DNA from: a virus
Lineage: Duplodnaviria; Caudoviricetes
Length of the DNA: 64,000 bases
Virus record (IMG/VR): IMGVR_UViG_3300021255_002539
Coordinates: 1 to 64,000 of that record
Strand: one strand, 5' to 3'
Shown here: piece by piece, positions 52,975-63,490 of the stretch
Layout: each line of letters begins with the position of its first letter
Numbering within the stretch: the stretch's first letter is position 1
Notes under the pieces: model-generated
Told to the model about the DNA's origin: nothing
Seen by the model: the letters and a program-made list of their open reading frames with translations, nothing else
Database searches by the model: none
Translations under genes and position numbers: made by a program

Positions 52975-53724
52975 TCACCAGACCCTCCCGCCAACAATGT
53001 TCTTGAAGTTCTCCACTGTCATCCCATATTGGTCGATAACATCGGTGAACTTCTGCATTTCCTCGGCCCTCTTCGCCAACTTCCCCTCGTATTCGCCTAT
53101 AGTGGTCAAATGGAAGTTTCGGTTGCGGGTGAGTCTTTTGATGGTGGCTGTGGCAGACTCCCACAAAAAGGTATTCGGCTGGGTGTTGATTTCGTTCATG
53201 AAGGCCTCCACCTTGAGCATCAATCCAAGTACCTCCTTGGCGGAGCCCATTGTGTCCACTTTACCAAGTCCAATCTGCTTGCTGACCAGGAGAACAGCCA
53301 GTTCGTCGCCATGGTGGTCGAGGAACCTGCCAACCGTGGAACGGCATATGTGGAACGGCAAAGGGGCATTGTAATAGGGAATTCCATATGGATATCCAAC
53401 GAAATAGGGTCTTCCACCAATATTGGCGATGTATTTGGCATAATCTGTCTCGCCAACAGCCTTCGTCAGAATCTGGGAGTCGATGCATTCAAGGGACTTC
53501 AACTCGCCATCTGAACCAATATTGGCTATCCTCAACTCGAACCTGGGTGTATCCCCAAAGGGGTGTCGGTACATCACAATCCCAAACTTGACCTTGAACG
53601 CCACATTGCCAACCTCCACGCCATATTCCTTGTCGTGGTAGAATGCGTGGCGACGGTATCCTGGGAAATGGATACCATCAACCACCTTGCTCAATTTCAC
53701 GCTCTTAATATCCTTCTCGTCCAT
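52975..53724 (-). CDS. Paralog family B member
   Basis: HFPGYRRH; C-terminal coiled coil ending IDQYG; GGAGGAG SD. Confidence 0.65.
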   Translation of the reverse strand: MDEKDIKSVKLSKVVDGIHFPGYRRHAFYHDKEYGVEVGNVAFKVKFGIVMYRHPFGDTPRFELRIANIGSDGELKSLECIDSQILTKAVGETDYAKYIANIGGRPYFVGYPYGIPYYNAPLPFHICRSTVGRFLDHHGDELAVLLVSKQIGLGKVDTMGSAKEVLGLMLKVEAFMNEINTQPNTFLWESATATIKRLTRNRNFHLTTIGEYEGKLAKRAEEMQKFTDVIDQYGMTVENFKNIVGGRVW

Positions 53725-53741
53725 CTTGCTTCTCTCCTCCA

Positions 53742-54467
53742 CTACAGAGCAATCTCGATTCCAAACCTCTCGGAAAGCTCGTTCATCGCCTCTGCGGCGG
53801 ATTCTGAAATCTCCTGCTCCTTCTTCGTGTACTTCTCAATTTCCTTGGACTCTGCGTCCATCTGACTCCTGAGCCATGTGATCTTGCTTTTGAGGTATTC
53901 CTCTGATCCATCATGCTCCATGTAGTTCAGTTTTGCAAATGCGTTCCATGCCTGCTCGGCGTCGACGAATGTCCTCAACTTCTCAGGATATTGCGCCATT
54001 GCCACCATCGCCAACCCACAATGCATGGCAATCAGCCCTGCAGGAGTCCTTGGCATCGAACTCAGAACTGGAAGCACACTATATATAGTAAGCTTTTTCA
54101 TCCAATCGTGGGTGTCCATCGTCAGTAACGCCCTACCCTCAACCTCCTCTATGTTGAACTGGACGGGGCACATCGAGAGGAAGTCATCTGGGTTGGCCTC
54201 AACGCACATCTTGACCAGATTTGGTGGAATCGGTTCCCATTTCCCAGTAATGGAGTTGGGGTAGATTATCTCCTGCATGACCTGGCCTTTTCCATTATGG
54301 TAGTAGGTGTTCACGAAAAAGGCAATCTTCACGGATGTAGGGGAGTTGGAATTGGTATATGCCTTGAATGTGCGCACCTTGTACCCAGGGATGGTCAATG
54401 GGTTCATGGGTTCCGACACGAACTTCCAATAGTACCAGGATTCTGATGTTGGCAGTGAATGGTGCAT
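53742..54467 (-). CDS. Paralog family B member; ends at TAG
   Basis: TIPGYKVR, MAQYPEKL, AEAMNELSERFGIE. Confidence 0.65.
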   Translation of the reverse strand: MHHSLPTSESWYYWKFVSEPMNPLTIPGYKVRTFKAYTNSNSPTSVKIAFFVNTYYHNGKGQVMQEIIYPNSITGKWEPIPPNLVKMCVEANPDDFLSMCPVQFNIEEVEGRALLTMDTHDWMKKLTIYSVLPVLSSMPRTPAGLIAMHCGLAMVAMAQYPEKLRTFVDAEQAWNAFAKLNYMEHDGSEEYLKSKITWLRSQMDAESKEIEKYTKKEQEISESAAEAMNELSERFGIEIAL

Positions 54468-54503
54468 ATGTATATACTTCTTCTTATCCTTCTCGACATG
54501 TAT

Positions 54504-54533
54504 ATTATAGCACATTCCCATGCCATCTGTCAA
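54504..54533 (-). promoter_or_regulatory. sigma70-type early promoter
   Basis: TTGACA-18-TGCTATAAT; CTGTCAAGGGGGT duplicated about 36 bp upstream. Confidence 0.8.
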
Positions 54534-54606
54534 GGGGGTTGGCAAAGCCAACAACCTTGTTGTCTGTCAAGGGGGTATCCTCAAACAAGTCCAATGGCCT
54601 CAACAA

Positions 54607-55146
54607 TCAATACCATGGATAGTAGAACACAACGTGATCGTCGTCCCAATGCTTCAGGGCATCCTCAAACTCGTCTCCCCAACCGTCGGCGACAATCTTC
54701 TCCAGGTCGCCCTTGGTCAGGAAGACGTCCACCAGGTTGTCGTTGTCCTTGTCGTGCCAGAAGTTGTCTATGATATATTGATGCAGATCCCAATTCTTTC
54801 GCCAATATCCAATTTCCTCCACTCTGTCGTCCTGGTGGTTCAAGCCAAATTCCTCAATGTCGAAGATTGGTCGGCAATCTCGGTCAAGCACAAGTCCATG
54901 CTTCTTGGCAACCCTATGTGCAGCACGGCGAAGATTCCGAACCCCAACCTTCTGCTCGTCAGTGTATGTCCTCCAATCGTAGTATCCAAATTCGTCCTTG
55001 GGAAGGGAATCCAACAGATTCTTCCACCTTGGTTTCTTCATCAGGAGGTCGATGTCCTCAGAATATGCCCTTCGGATTTCATGAAACTTCTTCGTAGCAT
55101 CGACCCTGCGCTTGGAAGTCCTGTATAGATAGCCGTCGAGACCCAT
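54607..55146 (-). CDS. Conserved phage protein (MGLD.YL...YWRK type)
   Basis: MGLDGYLY...EIGYWRKNWDLH...YYPWY; TTTACA-18-TGCTATAAT at 55182-211. Confidence 0.75.
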   Translation of the reverse strand: MGLDGYLYRTSKRRVDATKKFHEIRRAYSEDIDLLMKKPRWKNLLDSLPKDEFGYYDWRTYTDEQKVGVRNLRRAAHRVAKKHGLVLDRDCRPIFDIEEFGLNHQDDRVEEIGYWRKNWDLHQYIIDNFWHDKDNDNLVDVFLTKGDLEKIVADGWGDEFEDALKHWDDDHVVFYYPWY

Positions 55147-55182
55147 TTCTGACAATCCTTTCCATAGATTTCTTTTCCAATA

Positions 55183-56733
55183 TTATAGCACATCTGACGG
55201 GGAACTGTAAAGGGGGTTATCCCAAAGGACAGAATGGGCGTGAATGAGGTCAAAGTCATGACCATCGCATTTCACCCCAAGCTCAAGCAGGAGGATGTTG
55301 TCTATCGTCCTTTGGTACTCTTCCGGGAACTTGACGCTCTCCATCATCTTGCCCGAGTTCTTCTTGCGCACTATGTTCTGCCTCTCAATGCTCTGCATCT
55401 TTTGGGCAATGCCAATCAAGGTGGTTCTGGCGTCAGAAGTCAGTTTGCCAATGAAGGTTGGCATTTCGTCGAGCATTCCCTGTTGGTATGTTATCTCACC
55501 ATCATACAAACGCCAATGCCAATAGCAGAAACTGGAATTGAGCCAGCAATAGGCAAGGTCTCTCGTTTCCTCGTCCTTGAAGCCCAATTTGCGCTTGCCA
55601 GAGCGAAATAGGTCAGAGACATATGCCACTGTATTGTACCTGCAAGTCGTTACGAAATTCAAGTAATGTTCTCCATCTGGGCAAACATAGTCGCCAAACC
55701 TCTCGCCGATTGACTTTGTTCTCCACGCAAACATCAAAGGCTCCAGTTGGGGGAAGCACTTTGCATATCTGCTCCCATTTGATGACCTTTGAGGGGTGTT
55801 ACCAACGAACTGGGACAGAAATTCTGGCGTCAGAACCTGGTCCCTCTCGCCATTTCGAAAGCGAACCATGCCAGCGACATTGAGTCCAATACCCAATTTG
55901 CGGTTGTCAGTCACCAATATCGCAGGTCTCACCTGGTTCTGCTGGTTGGTGTTGAACACGCCATGCTTCTTGCCGTTGAACAACTGACCTGGGGTGTTGT
56001 CGAAGGGGATGACGAAGCCAGAATACCCAGAACCCAGCTTCTCGCGCAGGGACTTGAACTTCCCACGACCCAAGTAGTTTTGTGGCGTGAGAAGCACTGT
56101 CCCTTGGCATCCTCCTTCGCACAACACCTTCTCCATCACTGCAGCATACAGTTCGTGGGTATCGTGGACTATCGTGGTCTGAGTCCAATTCTCGGGTATC
56201 TCGTCGACCTTTGCGTAGGGTGGATTGGAAACGACCTTGCAGTTATCTGGCAGACACACCTTGTCGTCCAGGAAGTCCCCAGGTCTCGAATGGATGTACC
56301 CAACAACATCGTCGCCATATATGAAGCCTATGGTATTGACGCAGATGTAGAGGGCAAGCTCGTCCTTGTCGTAGAGCCAGAGATTTCCTGACTTGATTAG
56401 GTTTCTCGCACGTTCCTTCCCAATGTACTTGAGATATGCCAGAATCAGATTGCCAACCCCACAACAGACATCACAGACATTCTCGCCAGGAAGATAATCG
56501 AACCACTTCGCCATCAAGGTTGCGACATCCTCTGGCGTGAAGTACTTGCCAAGCGACTTCTTGCTCTGCTTGTTCACATGCGCCAGTCCAATTTCGTATA
56601 GTTCCCCGAAGTTGGATATGGACAACACGCCATCAACATGGTCTGGATTGCCCTTGAACCTCCCCAATATGTCCATCCAGGTGTCGTTCAAGCCAATATT
56701 GTCAAGCGATGTCAGATATTCCTCAATTTTCAT
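55183..56733 (-). CDS. N6-adenine DNA methyltransferase (orphan within this window)
   Basis: GKYFTPEDVA, DVCCGVGNL, GDFL, SNPPY. Confidence 0.88.
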   Translation of the reverse strand: MKIEEYLTSLDNIGLNDTWMDILGRFKGNPDHVDGVLSISNFGELYEIGLAHVNKQSKKSLGKYFTPEDVATLMAKWFDYLPGENVCDVCCGVGNLILAYLKYIGKERARNLIKSGNLWLYDKDELALYICVNTIGFIYGDDVVGYIHSRPGDFLDDKVCLPDNCKVVSNPPYAKVDEIPENWTQTTIVHDTHELYAAVMEKVLCEGGCQGTVLLTPQNYLGRGKFKSLREKLGSGYSGFVIPFDNTPGQLFNGKKHGVFNTNQQNQVRPAILVTDNRKLGIGLNVAGMVRFRNGERDQVLTPEFLSQFVGNTPQRSSNGSRYAKCFPQLEPLMFAWRTKSIGERFGDYVCPDGEHYLNFVTTCRYNTVAYVSDLFRSGKRKLGFKDEETRDLAYCWLNSSFCYWHWRLYDGEITYQQGMLDEMPTFIGKLTSDARTTLIGIAQKMQSIERQNIVRKKNSGKMMESVKFPEEYQRTIDNILLLELGVKCDGHDFDLIHAHSVLWDNPLYSSPSDVL

Positions 56734-56792
56734 ACCTCAATTATACCACATCGTATAATTGTCATCAAGGGCATGCATAGAGAAGCCAGCAA

Positions 56793-57032
56793 ATGACAAC
56801 ACTTACGATTTACAGCTCGAAATACGACTCGAAGGAGAATGTAGTAAACAATGGAATGTCGGGAAAGGCCTTCCTGGACAGGGACAACAAGCTTGGAACG
56901 CCATTTGATTGCTTGGACGACGCACTACAATATGCTGTGGACAATAGACTGGCCATCAACAGGATAGAGTTCGACTATATAGACCAGGACGGCTGCCAAT
57001 CGTTCAAGAAGTTCGATGTATTCGATGCCTGA
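56793..57032 (+). CDS. Small hypothetical protein
   Basis: Divergent from the MTase; TATAAT at 56754. Confidence 0.55.
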   Translation: MTTLTIYSSKYDSKENVVNNGMSGKAFLDRDNKLGTPFDCLDDALQYAVDNRLAINRIEFDYIDQDGCQSFKKFDVFDA

Positions 57033-57053
57033 CAATGGTAAATAGGAATTGCC

Positions 57054-58097
57054 ATGAAGATATTGAACAGAACATATAGGGATGTAATTGGGACAGAACC
57101 CAGTTTCCAGAAGACCACGATAACCGACCTCCCCGAGACGCAGGAACTGCTGGAGGGGTCGTTGATGCATGTCGCAGTGAAGGTTGATGACGAGAACAAC
57201 AACTACGAGTCCATGAGGATATCCACCGACAACTTCAAGCAGAAGATATACGAGTCAATATTGAATACCCTCAGGACGAAGTACTGGGACTCACACGAGT
57301 ACAACAAGCAGAAACGGGAGCCCAGCAAGAAGCACGATGTCGTGGAGGGACCCGACAGCAGACCGGCTGGCACATCGTTCAAGGATTTGCTCGACTACCT
57401 CGAACAGATGGACAAGGACAAGCCATCATCCGACAAAAACGTGTATGCTCCAGAGGAAGTTCCTGAACAAGACCCCAATGGCTTCGTGGATCACCTCTAC
57501 TACGACTTCGACTTGCTCAAGCGGTACATGGTGGCGAAGGACAACGAGATTGAGGGCACCATAACTGGATCTCTGTCGATGTCAAAGGACTTGGATTGCT
57601 ATTTCACAGAGCGCATGATGTTGTACTCCACAGACGAGGACAACAACTTGGAGGTTGTGGATTCGGTCAACGCAACAGATGGCGACTTGACAGAGAACGA
57701 CACCTATTGCCAAATGAAGATAGAGCCAGGCAACAAGATATCGAACGAATGGCAATGCCCCAAGACTGGCAATTTGGTCGTATATGGGTGGTTGGATTCC
57801 AGCAAGTGCCTCAACAACAAGGCGACCCCATCTGCGTTTTGCGTATTGGAGGGCATGATAGAGGACAAATGGAGGGTGATATCTGTCCAGCCAGTTAACC
57901 CAGCCAAGAACATATGCTATGTTGGCTTCAATCTCCTGGTGAAGGAAGGCTTGACTATACGGGCCAGGACAGGATTCGACGTTGGTGCCAAGTCAGGGCA
58001 GTACTCCAATGAGCAGGATGGCTTAGACACACTCTCCAACACCACGCCAAACGGCTTCAAGTGCATTATATACGCAAGAAAGGAACTGGAACAATGA
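57054..58097 (+). CDS. Late (probably structural) protein
   Basis: AATGGTAAATA at 57034-44; beta-rich C-terminal domain. Confidence 0.6.
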   Translation: MKILNRTYRDVIGTEPSFQKTTITDLPETQELLEGSLMHVAVKVDDENNNYESMRISTDNFKQKIYESILNTLRTKYWDSHEYNKQKREPSKKHDVVEGPDSRPAGTSFKDLLDYLEQMDKDKPSSDKNVYAPEEVPEQDPNGFVDHLYYDFDLLKRYMVAKDNEIEGTITGSLSMSKDLDCYFTERMMLYSTDEDNNLEVVDSVNATDGDLTENDTYCQMKIEPGNKISNEWQCPKTGNLVVYGWLDSSKCLNNKATPSAFCVLEGMIEDKWRVISVQPVNPAKNICYVGFNLLVKEGLTIRARTGFDVGAKSGQYSNEQDGLDTLSNTTPNGFKCIIYARKELEQ

Positions 58098-58558
58098 CCA
58101 TATTGGACAAGGCAAGAGGTGGTAGTGGAAAAAAGCCAATAGGCGAATCCACGACCAAGAAGGAACAACACGAAGTTGAAAGCAACAAAAAGAAGGAACA
58201 GCCAAAAGAGGTTGCCTCCGACGAGTCCAGTGCAATAGACCAGAATGCCCAATTGCTCACGGCAGTTGAGAGTCAGTTCAAGAACATAATGGCGGAGTTC
58301 CAGGCGAACACTGGATTCAGCGTAAACACAGGTGAGCAACCAGTAGACGCCATGATTGAGGTTCTGTCCAGCAAGGGGGTCGTCGTCTCAATCGCTGTCC
58401 TGTTGTCCTACATCCGCCACTGCATCAACCACGGCATCAAGAAGGAACTCAAGGTGAAGATTGGCTACAACAAGCCTGCTGGCGTCCCAATGAACTTCGC
58501 CGTGAACGAGGAGCTGCTTGAGGACATCTACCCAGGGGATGTAATCGAAATCAACTGA
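58094..58558 (+). CDS. Hypothetical late protein
   Basis: ATGA overlap with the upstream gene. Confidence 0.65.
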   Translation: MTILDKARGGSGKKPIGESTTKKEQHEVESNKKKEQPKEVASDESSAIDQNAQLLTAVESQFKNIMAEFQANTGFSVNTGEQPVDAMIEVLSSKGVVVSIAVLLSYIRHCINHGIKKELKVKIGYNKPAGVPMNFAVNEELLEDIYPGDVIEIN

Positions 58559-61500
58559 CCACATCCACTATGTCCGTCTTGATTTCTGCATTTGCAGAAC
58601 CATCCTTCTTCCCAATCTCGTCTGTGGCGGCCTGATGCATCTTGTTCATCTCCTCAATCACCATGGCTTCCTTCGCCACTCTGACCTAGTTGGTGAAGTC
58701 AGAAAGCAAGTTGGACAATTCGGAACTTGAACTGTCGGCGTTCTCCAACTTCAACTCGATTATCCTCTCCTTCAACTAGCACACACTGGAGTCGCTGTTG
58801 ATCTTCTGATATGCAGCCCTGGTCAACCCTTCCTCGCTTCCCCACTTCCTCGCCACTATGTCGTTTCTGACGCTCCTCAACTTCTCCACCTGCATCTCGG
58901 ACTCCCTGTCCTGAACAATCTCCTTCTTCTCCTTCTCGTCGGCCACATCTTCGGCAACAACCACATCATCTGGAACCACCATGTTCACCTTCAACTGCGC
59001 CATGAACAATTGGTATAGGGTGTTGCCTTCGAGCATCTGGTCTATCTTGGTGTAGTCCTTGGCGTCCTGTTCTGTTATCTGGAACAAGTTGGTTCTGTTG
59101 ATGTCGAACTTGGCGTCTTTTCTGATTGCGTCCACATCCAACTGGAGCATCCTCAACTTCCTGGTGATTCTGTATATGGTGTCGAACTCGTCCCATGCGC
59201 AATTCTTGAACCAAAGGATCAACCTCCTCATCTCGGCAACTATGAAGTCCAGCACAACGACCCTGAAAAACCAATCCTGGTGGGTCAATATGCCATATGT
59301 GTCGAATTTCTGAAGTTCCCTCACCTTGTCCTTGAAGTACCTTGCCTTCTCGTCGGATGTGAGGTACTGAAGTTGCTCCCTCTCGTAGGGGTTCACAATG
59401 CGCTCGTTCCAATATTGCTTGAATACCCTGAAGTTCAGTTCCCTCCGCTTCACAGACACCACATCGTCGTGTTCGTCGAATGCGATTTGAATCATGTCAG
59501 TGTCAATTTGAACCAATTCGTCAGCAACTTGTTCTCTGTTCTGGCCTATTTCAGACACAGTCTTCATCAACTGCACACGTTTCCTGAGCAATTCGTCTCT
59601 GGATTCAAGGTCAGTGGTCTTCTGCAACCTGTCGTCTATTTCCCTGACATCAGATTGAACTTGCCTCAATTGGGCGTCAACCCTCCTGAGTTCCTGAATC
59701 CTATTCTTGTACCTCTACTGAAGCTGTTTCCTGTAGTCTGGCTTGAATGTCGTTTGCAGTTCCTCGTTGGGGTCTGGTCTGTACCACAAGGCGCTGTCTG
59801 ACGAATTGTACAGCTTGTCGAGGAACCTCTGGGAGTCGCCTATGGTCGCCTGGGACTGCTTGACTATCTCCACCACGCCTTGGGATGTAGTGGACTGCTC
59901 CCCTTGGTTTGTGTTCAACTTGCCAATTGTCTTGTTGTAGGTGGATTCCTCGAATGTCTCGATGAACCTGTCCAACTCGTCAGAATCGACTATTTCTGAC
60001 TATGATCCACGAGTAACCCCATTTGTGGTTTCTTGTTGTTGGTTGTTGGTGGTTTTAACTGGCGGGTCCTCCGTTAAGACTTCGCCGGCCTTGAACTTCT
60101 GCTGCACCTCCCCAGTCAAGATGGCATCGGTTGATATCGCACCATCCTCCTGCAAACCTGGCTTCACGCCATCACTGTATCCAACCATCTTCACATAGTA
60201 CTGAAAGACAGCCGTGTTCATGTTGTTTGGCAGACAACTCTTGAATGTGATTGAGAGCTTGTATGCGTCTGGAAGCACCTCAATTCCCTCCTGGTGGGGG
60301 TTCTTAATCGGCGCGACTGTCTCGTTGGAAGTGCCTATCTCGAACTTCGCCCCAGAGACACCACCACCCTTGAAGAAGTTGGTTGGAGTGCGTCTGTTGA
60401 GTCCCAGTGGATAGAGCTTGAAGTCGCCGGTGCACATCAAGTGGCGCTGACCAGTTGGCAGCCAAATCTCGTACAACGCGCCAGGGAACGCCAGAATGGC
60501 CTTTTGGATTGACCTGTTGTTGTGGATGATGGTGTTCACGCACATGTAGTTGTTGCGGGACTTCACGATGTTGTCGTTTATCAGGATCAAATCGAACTGG
60601 AACGAAACACCCTCTCCCTTTGGACCACCCCAAGTTGGTGCAGGGAACAAGTCGGCACCCCTTGCAGTCGATCCAATGGCACCAGCAGCCAAGCCGGCAG
60701 CCATTCCAGCAATGTTGCTCAAAACCGTCTTCAAACCCTCGATGAGTCCACCTTGTCCCCTTTCCCACTCGGCACTGTTGCTGGCCTCGTTAATCACAGT
60801 CGAGCTGTTTGCTATGTAGGGGAAGATGTAGGTGTTGCCATATTGCCTTTGGCGAAGTCCAGCATACAGGACATATGGAATGTCTATTACGGTCTTCTGG
60901 GCCAACTTCACATCTGCCATCTGGAAGATTTCCTTGATCTTGTTGAGCATGGAGTTTCCCTCCTGCTTCGCGTCGGCAGAACCCTGGGTGCTCTTTTCGT
61001 TCACATTGGCGTCTCCACCACCATTATCGTCTGGTTTTGCTGGCTGCCAAGCGGTTTTCACAGAATCAGCTATCTTCTTGATGAAATCAACCATCGTGGC
61101 AGCAGTGTTCTTGAAGAAGTACTCCTTCACCACTATGTATGGAACCAGGTTGAGCATGTCGTCCATGGACTTTATCGCCTCAAACGAAGCTGGCGTTATG
61201 GCTATTTGGGGCCAGGACTCCCTGGCGTCCTCTGGCCTAAACGAGTACATCGTCCAGTTTCCAGTAACGTGTCCATATGGGTTGAACCACTGTTGGTCGC
61301 CATCGTGCATCATGAACTCCATGCCAGTGACCAATTCGTTCTTCACATTGTTCCATCCAATCTTGCGTTGTCCACCTCCATTTGTGGTTTCAATCGAGTC
61401 GTCTTGTTGTGGTTGGTTCGCAGTCGGGTATGTCGTGGAATTTGGATTGGAGTCCTGGTCCTGGTTATCCTTGTTTTCCTGCTGCCTCTGCTCTTGATCT

Positions 61501-63005
61501 TGTTGTTCTTGGGTCTTTTCCTCTGGTGGGAAATCATCTCCTTTGTCCTGCCATGTACCCTCTTGCCTCCATTGATCCTCCCAATTCCTGTTGTTCATCT
61601 CTCCAGCCATTTGCTCAGACGCCTCTTCCATGGCCTTTGCCCTTTCGTCGTTGGCGTAGTCCTCTGCTGCCTGCTCCTGGGAGTTCTGCATCTCTTGCGC
61701 GTCCTTCTGGGCGTCGTCCACGGTTTCCTCCGCCTCCTTGTCTGTAAAACCAAGCATGTCGCCAATTGAGGAGAACAGACCCTTTGCCATGTCTGAACCT
61801 GCATCCCACAACGACCCAGCGAAATCCACCAACCCCTTCGCGGCGTCTCCACCAGTTGAAATCAACGACTTGGCAATGTCACCGACACCCCCAACGAGGC
61901 TCTTGCCTATGCCACCAGCGCAATCAATCAAACTCCCAGCGACATTCTTGGCAGTGTCCATTATGGTGTTTTGTTGTTGGTTGGATGCGCCGAATATGTT
62001 GCCGAGGACATTGGATGCGCAATTGGTTATGTTCTTGACTACATTTCCTGTGGTTCCAAGCAGGGTGCTTGTGGTGTTCCCCAGTCCATTCGCCAATGTC
62101 CCAACCAAGTTTCCAGCAGATTGCAGGGCAGTAGGCCCAGTTGAGTCGCCAATGTCGTCTGCCGTCTTGCCGAACTCGCCACCCTGGTTGTCATCTTCCC
62201 TGACTGATGCCAAAAGCACCTTGCGCATCATTGGCTTCCTCTATTGGGATTGCTCGACATCCTCTACCCCAAACACCTTGATGGCGAGTTCCCTGCCCTC
62301 TTCCTCGCCCACCATGACGATGGCATATGAAACCACTGTGTCGATCAGATTGTACTTCGCCGACACGACACTGTCCTTCAATTCATCCACCCCAACTCCC
62401 ATGACCTGAGATATGTCGGGCGGAACGACATCCTTTACTTCTGCTACCTAGTTCGACACATAATCCTCCATCTCGGACACAAATGGACCTATGTACCCAT
62501 CCAGTGTGTCAAGTGGCATGAATTCCCCAAACTGGTCCCTGGCCATCTGCCGTATGGTCGTCGCCACTTGGGTCGAGTGGTGGAGCATGGATCTGCGCGC
62601 CCGTTCCGAAAACAGATTCATCTCGTCATATGACTTGTAGTACAACTCAACCAGCCCATCTATCAGGTAGCCACATTCCTCAGTGAATCCATCCACCAAG
62701 TTCTTGGCGAGGTTCAGAACCCTGAGCGTCATCGGTCTCCTGGCCTCGTCTATTGTGCTTCGACCATCGAGGTATGTCCTGCCCAGTAGACCAACCATCT
62801 GACCAAATCCCATGTCCCCATCTGAACTCTGCGTTATCGTCTGTCTTCTGTACTCGCTGTCGAAATCCTCAGTCAATTCTGAACTGGTAGAGTCGTATGC
62901 CTCAACCGAAAGCTCAAGCAGCTCCTGCAGTTCAAGCACCCTGTCCACATGTTGCTTCAGGGTATTGACAACATCATCAACCTGTTTCTCAATTTCGTTT
63001 GTCAT
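58551..63005 (-). CDS. Large structural protein, 1484 aa with 6 TAG=Gln; central region resembles tail-tube cap/initiator (gp48/gp54-like) domains
   Basis: Four track ORFs in one frame joined only by TAG; TGA at 58551; SFQFDLILIND...PGALYEI..P...PDAYKLSITFKS; directly downstream of gp25. Confidence 0.65.
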
Positions 63006-63007
63006 GT

Positions 63008-63487
63008 TCACCTTCCTGAAATCGTAGTCTGTTCCTCAAACCTGGCTGCATCTGCGCCAGTGCCACCAACGACGCTGTACACCACCCTCACATGCAGGGC
63101 GTTCGACTCCTCAGAATCGTTGTCGTCCTCCCTCTTGACAGCAACAGTCTCCACCTTCGCCCTAGGTTCGTTTTCCTCAATCGCCCTCTTGATCTCCTCG
63201 CATATCTGGTCCTGGTTGAATTGGTTCATCTGAGAGTACATCGACAACTTCAACTTGTGCCCGAACTCTGGCCTCAATATGCTCTCTCCAACCCTCCACA
63301 TCAATATGTTTCTCACGGAAACCCTCACAGCATCCACATCCACCACCATTGGCACCTCAAGCAAATCGACGCCAGTCCTCCCAACGACTGGTCCCTTGTA
63401 CTCAAGCATGTCGATGTCCGAGTAGTGCCACCTTCTCTTCAACCTATCCTGCGTAGGCGCGTCGAGTTTTACAATCATGCTTCCCAT
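63008..63487 (-). CDS. Baseplate wedge protein, gp25/GPW-like
   Basis: D.DAVR.SVRNIL....GE....PEFG..L........EEIKRAIEENEPRAKV..V.V. Confidence 0.85.
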   Translation of the reverse strand: MGSMIVKLDAPTQDRLKRRWHYSDIDMLEYKGPVVGRTGVDLLEVPMVVDVDAVRVSVRNILMWRVGESILRPEFGHKLKLSMYSQMNQFNQDQICEEIKRAIEENEPRAKVETVAVKREDDNDSEESNALHVRVVYSVVGGTGADAARFEEQTTISGR

Positions 63488-63490
63488 GTG

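Noticed and set aside
4939-61769. Long plus-strand ORFs such as 4939-5826, 12025-12909, 25520-26548 and 60522-61769
   Set aside because: Antisense shadows of strongly codon-biased minus-strand genes; V/L/H-rich, with no SD or motifs
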